Below are positions 32,503 through 32,809 of a stretch of 32,809 nucleotides of DNA, one piece after another (positions within the stretch are counted from its first letter, which is position 1; each line of letters starts with the position of its first letter). The notes under the pieces were generated by a model. That model had not been told where the DNA came from. It made no database searches and saw only the letters and a program-made list of their open reading frames with translations. Both the position numbers and the translations under genes were made by a program. The stretch spans positions 1 to 32,809 of the forward strand of contig DASTAI010000046.1 of the NCBI GenBank assembly GCA_035712865.1, given 5' to 3'. Source of the stretch: Solirubrobacterales bacterium (GTDB taxonomy: Bacteria; Actinomycetota; Thermoleophilia; Solirubrobacterales; 70-9).

Positions 32503-32809
32503 TTGACGAGGTTCTTGGTAGCCCCGGATTCGTTCAAGGGAACGCTCAGCGCCCGCCAGGTCGCCGAGGCGATCGGCCGCGGTCTGGAGGATGCCGGGGC
32601 GGTTCCCGACCTCTGCCCCGCAGCCGACGGCGGTGAGGGAACGGCCGACGTGCTGCTCGACGCGCTGGGCGGCGAGCGACGGACGGCCGAGGTGCACGAT
32701 CCGCTGGGAAGGGCGATCGAGGCGACCTATGCGCTGGTGCGCGAGGGCTCCGAGGCGGTCGTCGAGGTTGCCGCGGCGTCCGGCCTCGGCCTCGTCGGCG
32801 AGGAGGAAC
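32503..32809 (+). CDS. Glycerate kinase, N-terminal part (runs off the right edge)
   Basis: TTG 32503 with GGAGGAG 9 nt upstream. The frame is open to the window end. (M)TRFLVAPDSFKGTLSARQVAEAIGRGL...CPAADGGEGTADVLLDALGG...VHDPLGR... matches the glycerate kinase N-terminal signature (APDSFKG, ADGGEGT). It is absent from the ORF track because no stop lies within the window. Confidence 0.8.
   Translation, partial: MTRFLVAPDSFKGTLSARQVAEAIGRGLEDAGAVPDLCPAADGGEGTADVLLDALGGERRTAEVHDPLGRAIEATYALVREGSEAVVEVAAASGLGLVGEEE

Noticed and set aside
30634-32697. 687-aa - strand ORF
   Set aside because: It is antisense to the FadD-type ligase, which carries unambiguous AMP-binding motifs. This is a shadow ORF.

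Overview
High-GC (roughly 68-70%) actinobacterial-type chromosomal window. Any finer placement, such as Thermoleophilia/Solirubrobacterales-like, is only a guess from protein style. I separated real genes from the many long antisense shadow ORFs using third-position G/C bias, recognisable motifs, Shine-Dalgarno sequences and start/stop coupling. I support about 31 CDS, including one 58-aa gene missing from the ORF track and two edge-truncated genes, plus one tRNA-Pro(CGG). There is no CRISPR array, rRNA, transposase or integrase. Left to right the window holds:
- marR-MFS efflux pair, bioA, rubredoxin, NUDIX hydrolase and a tandem PNPOx-like protein.
- A nine-cistron-looking minus-strand unit: six MCE-family genes, an SCP2 gene and a gene of unknown function.
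- A divergent ChoD-type GMC oxidoreductase, sodA and a TVP38/DedA-like membrane protein.
- An NTF2-like/patatin pair and tRNA-Pro.
- A 1091-aa secreted Ig-repeat protein with a 295-aa secreted partner.
- An MhqO-like ring-cleaving dioxygenase, a sulfatase, small or unknown proteins, a DsbA-like oxidoreductase and NIF3.
- A small HTH-like ORF, a FadD-type acyl-CoA ligase and the start of glycerate kinase.
The most unusual feature is the six-gene mce cluster (6658-16233). It has the canonical mceA-F architecture but no yrbE/mlaE permease or ATPase gene. It begins directly at a divergent promoter region shared with a ChoD-like oxidoreductase. It is extended at its 3' end by soluble SCP2 and unknown-function genes instead of Mas-type membrane proteins. 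All functional calls come from motif recognition by eye; no database search was run.
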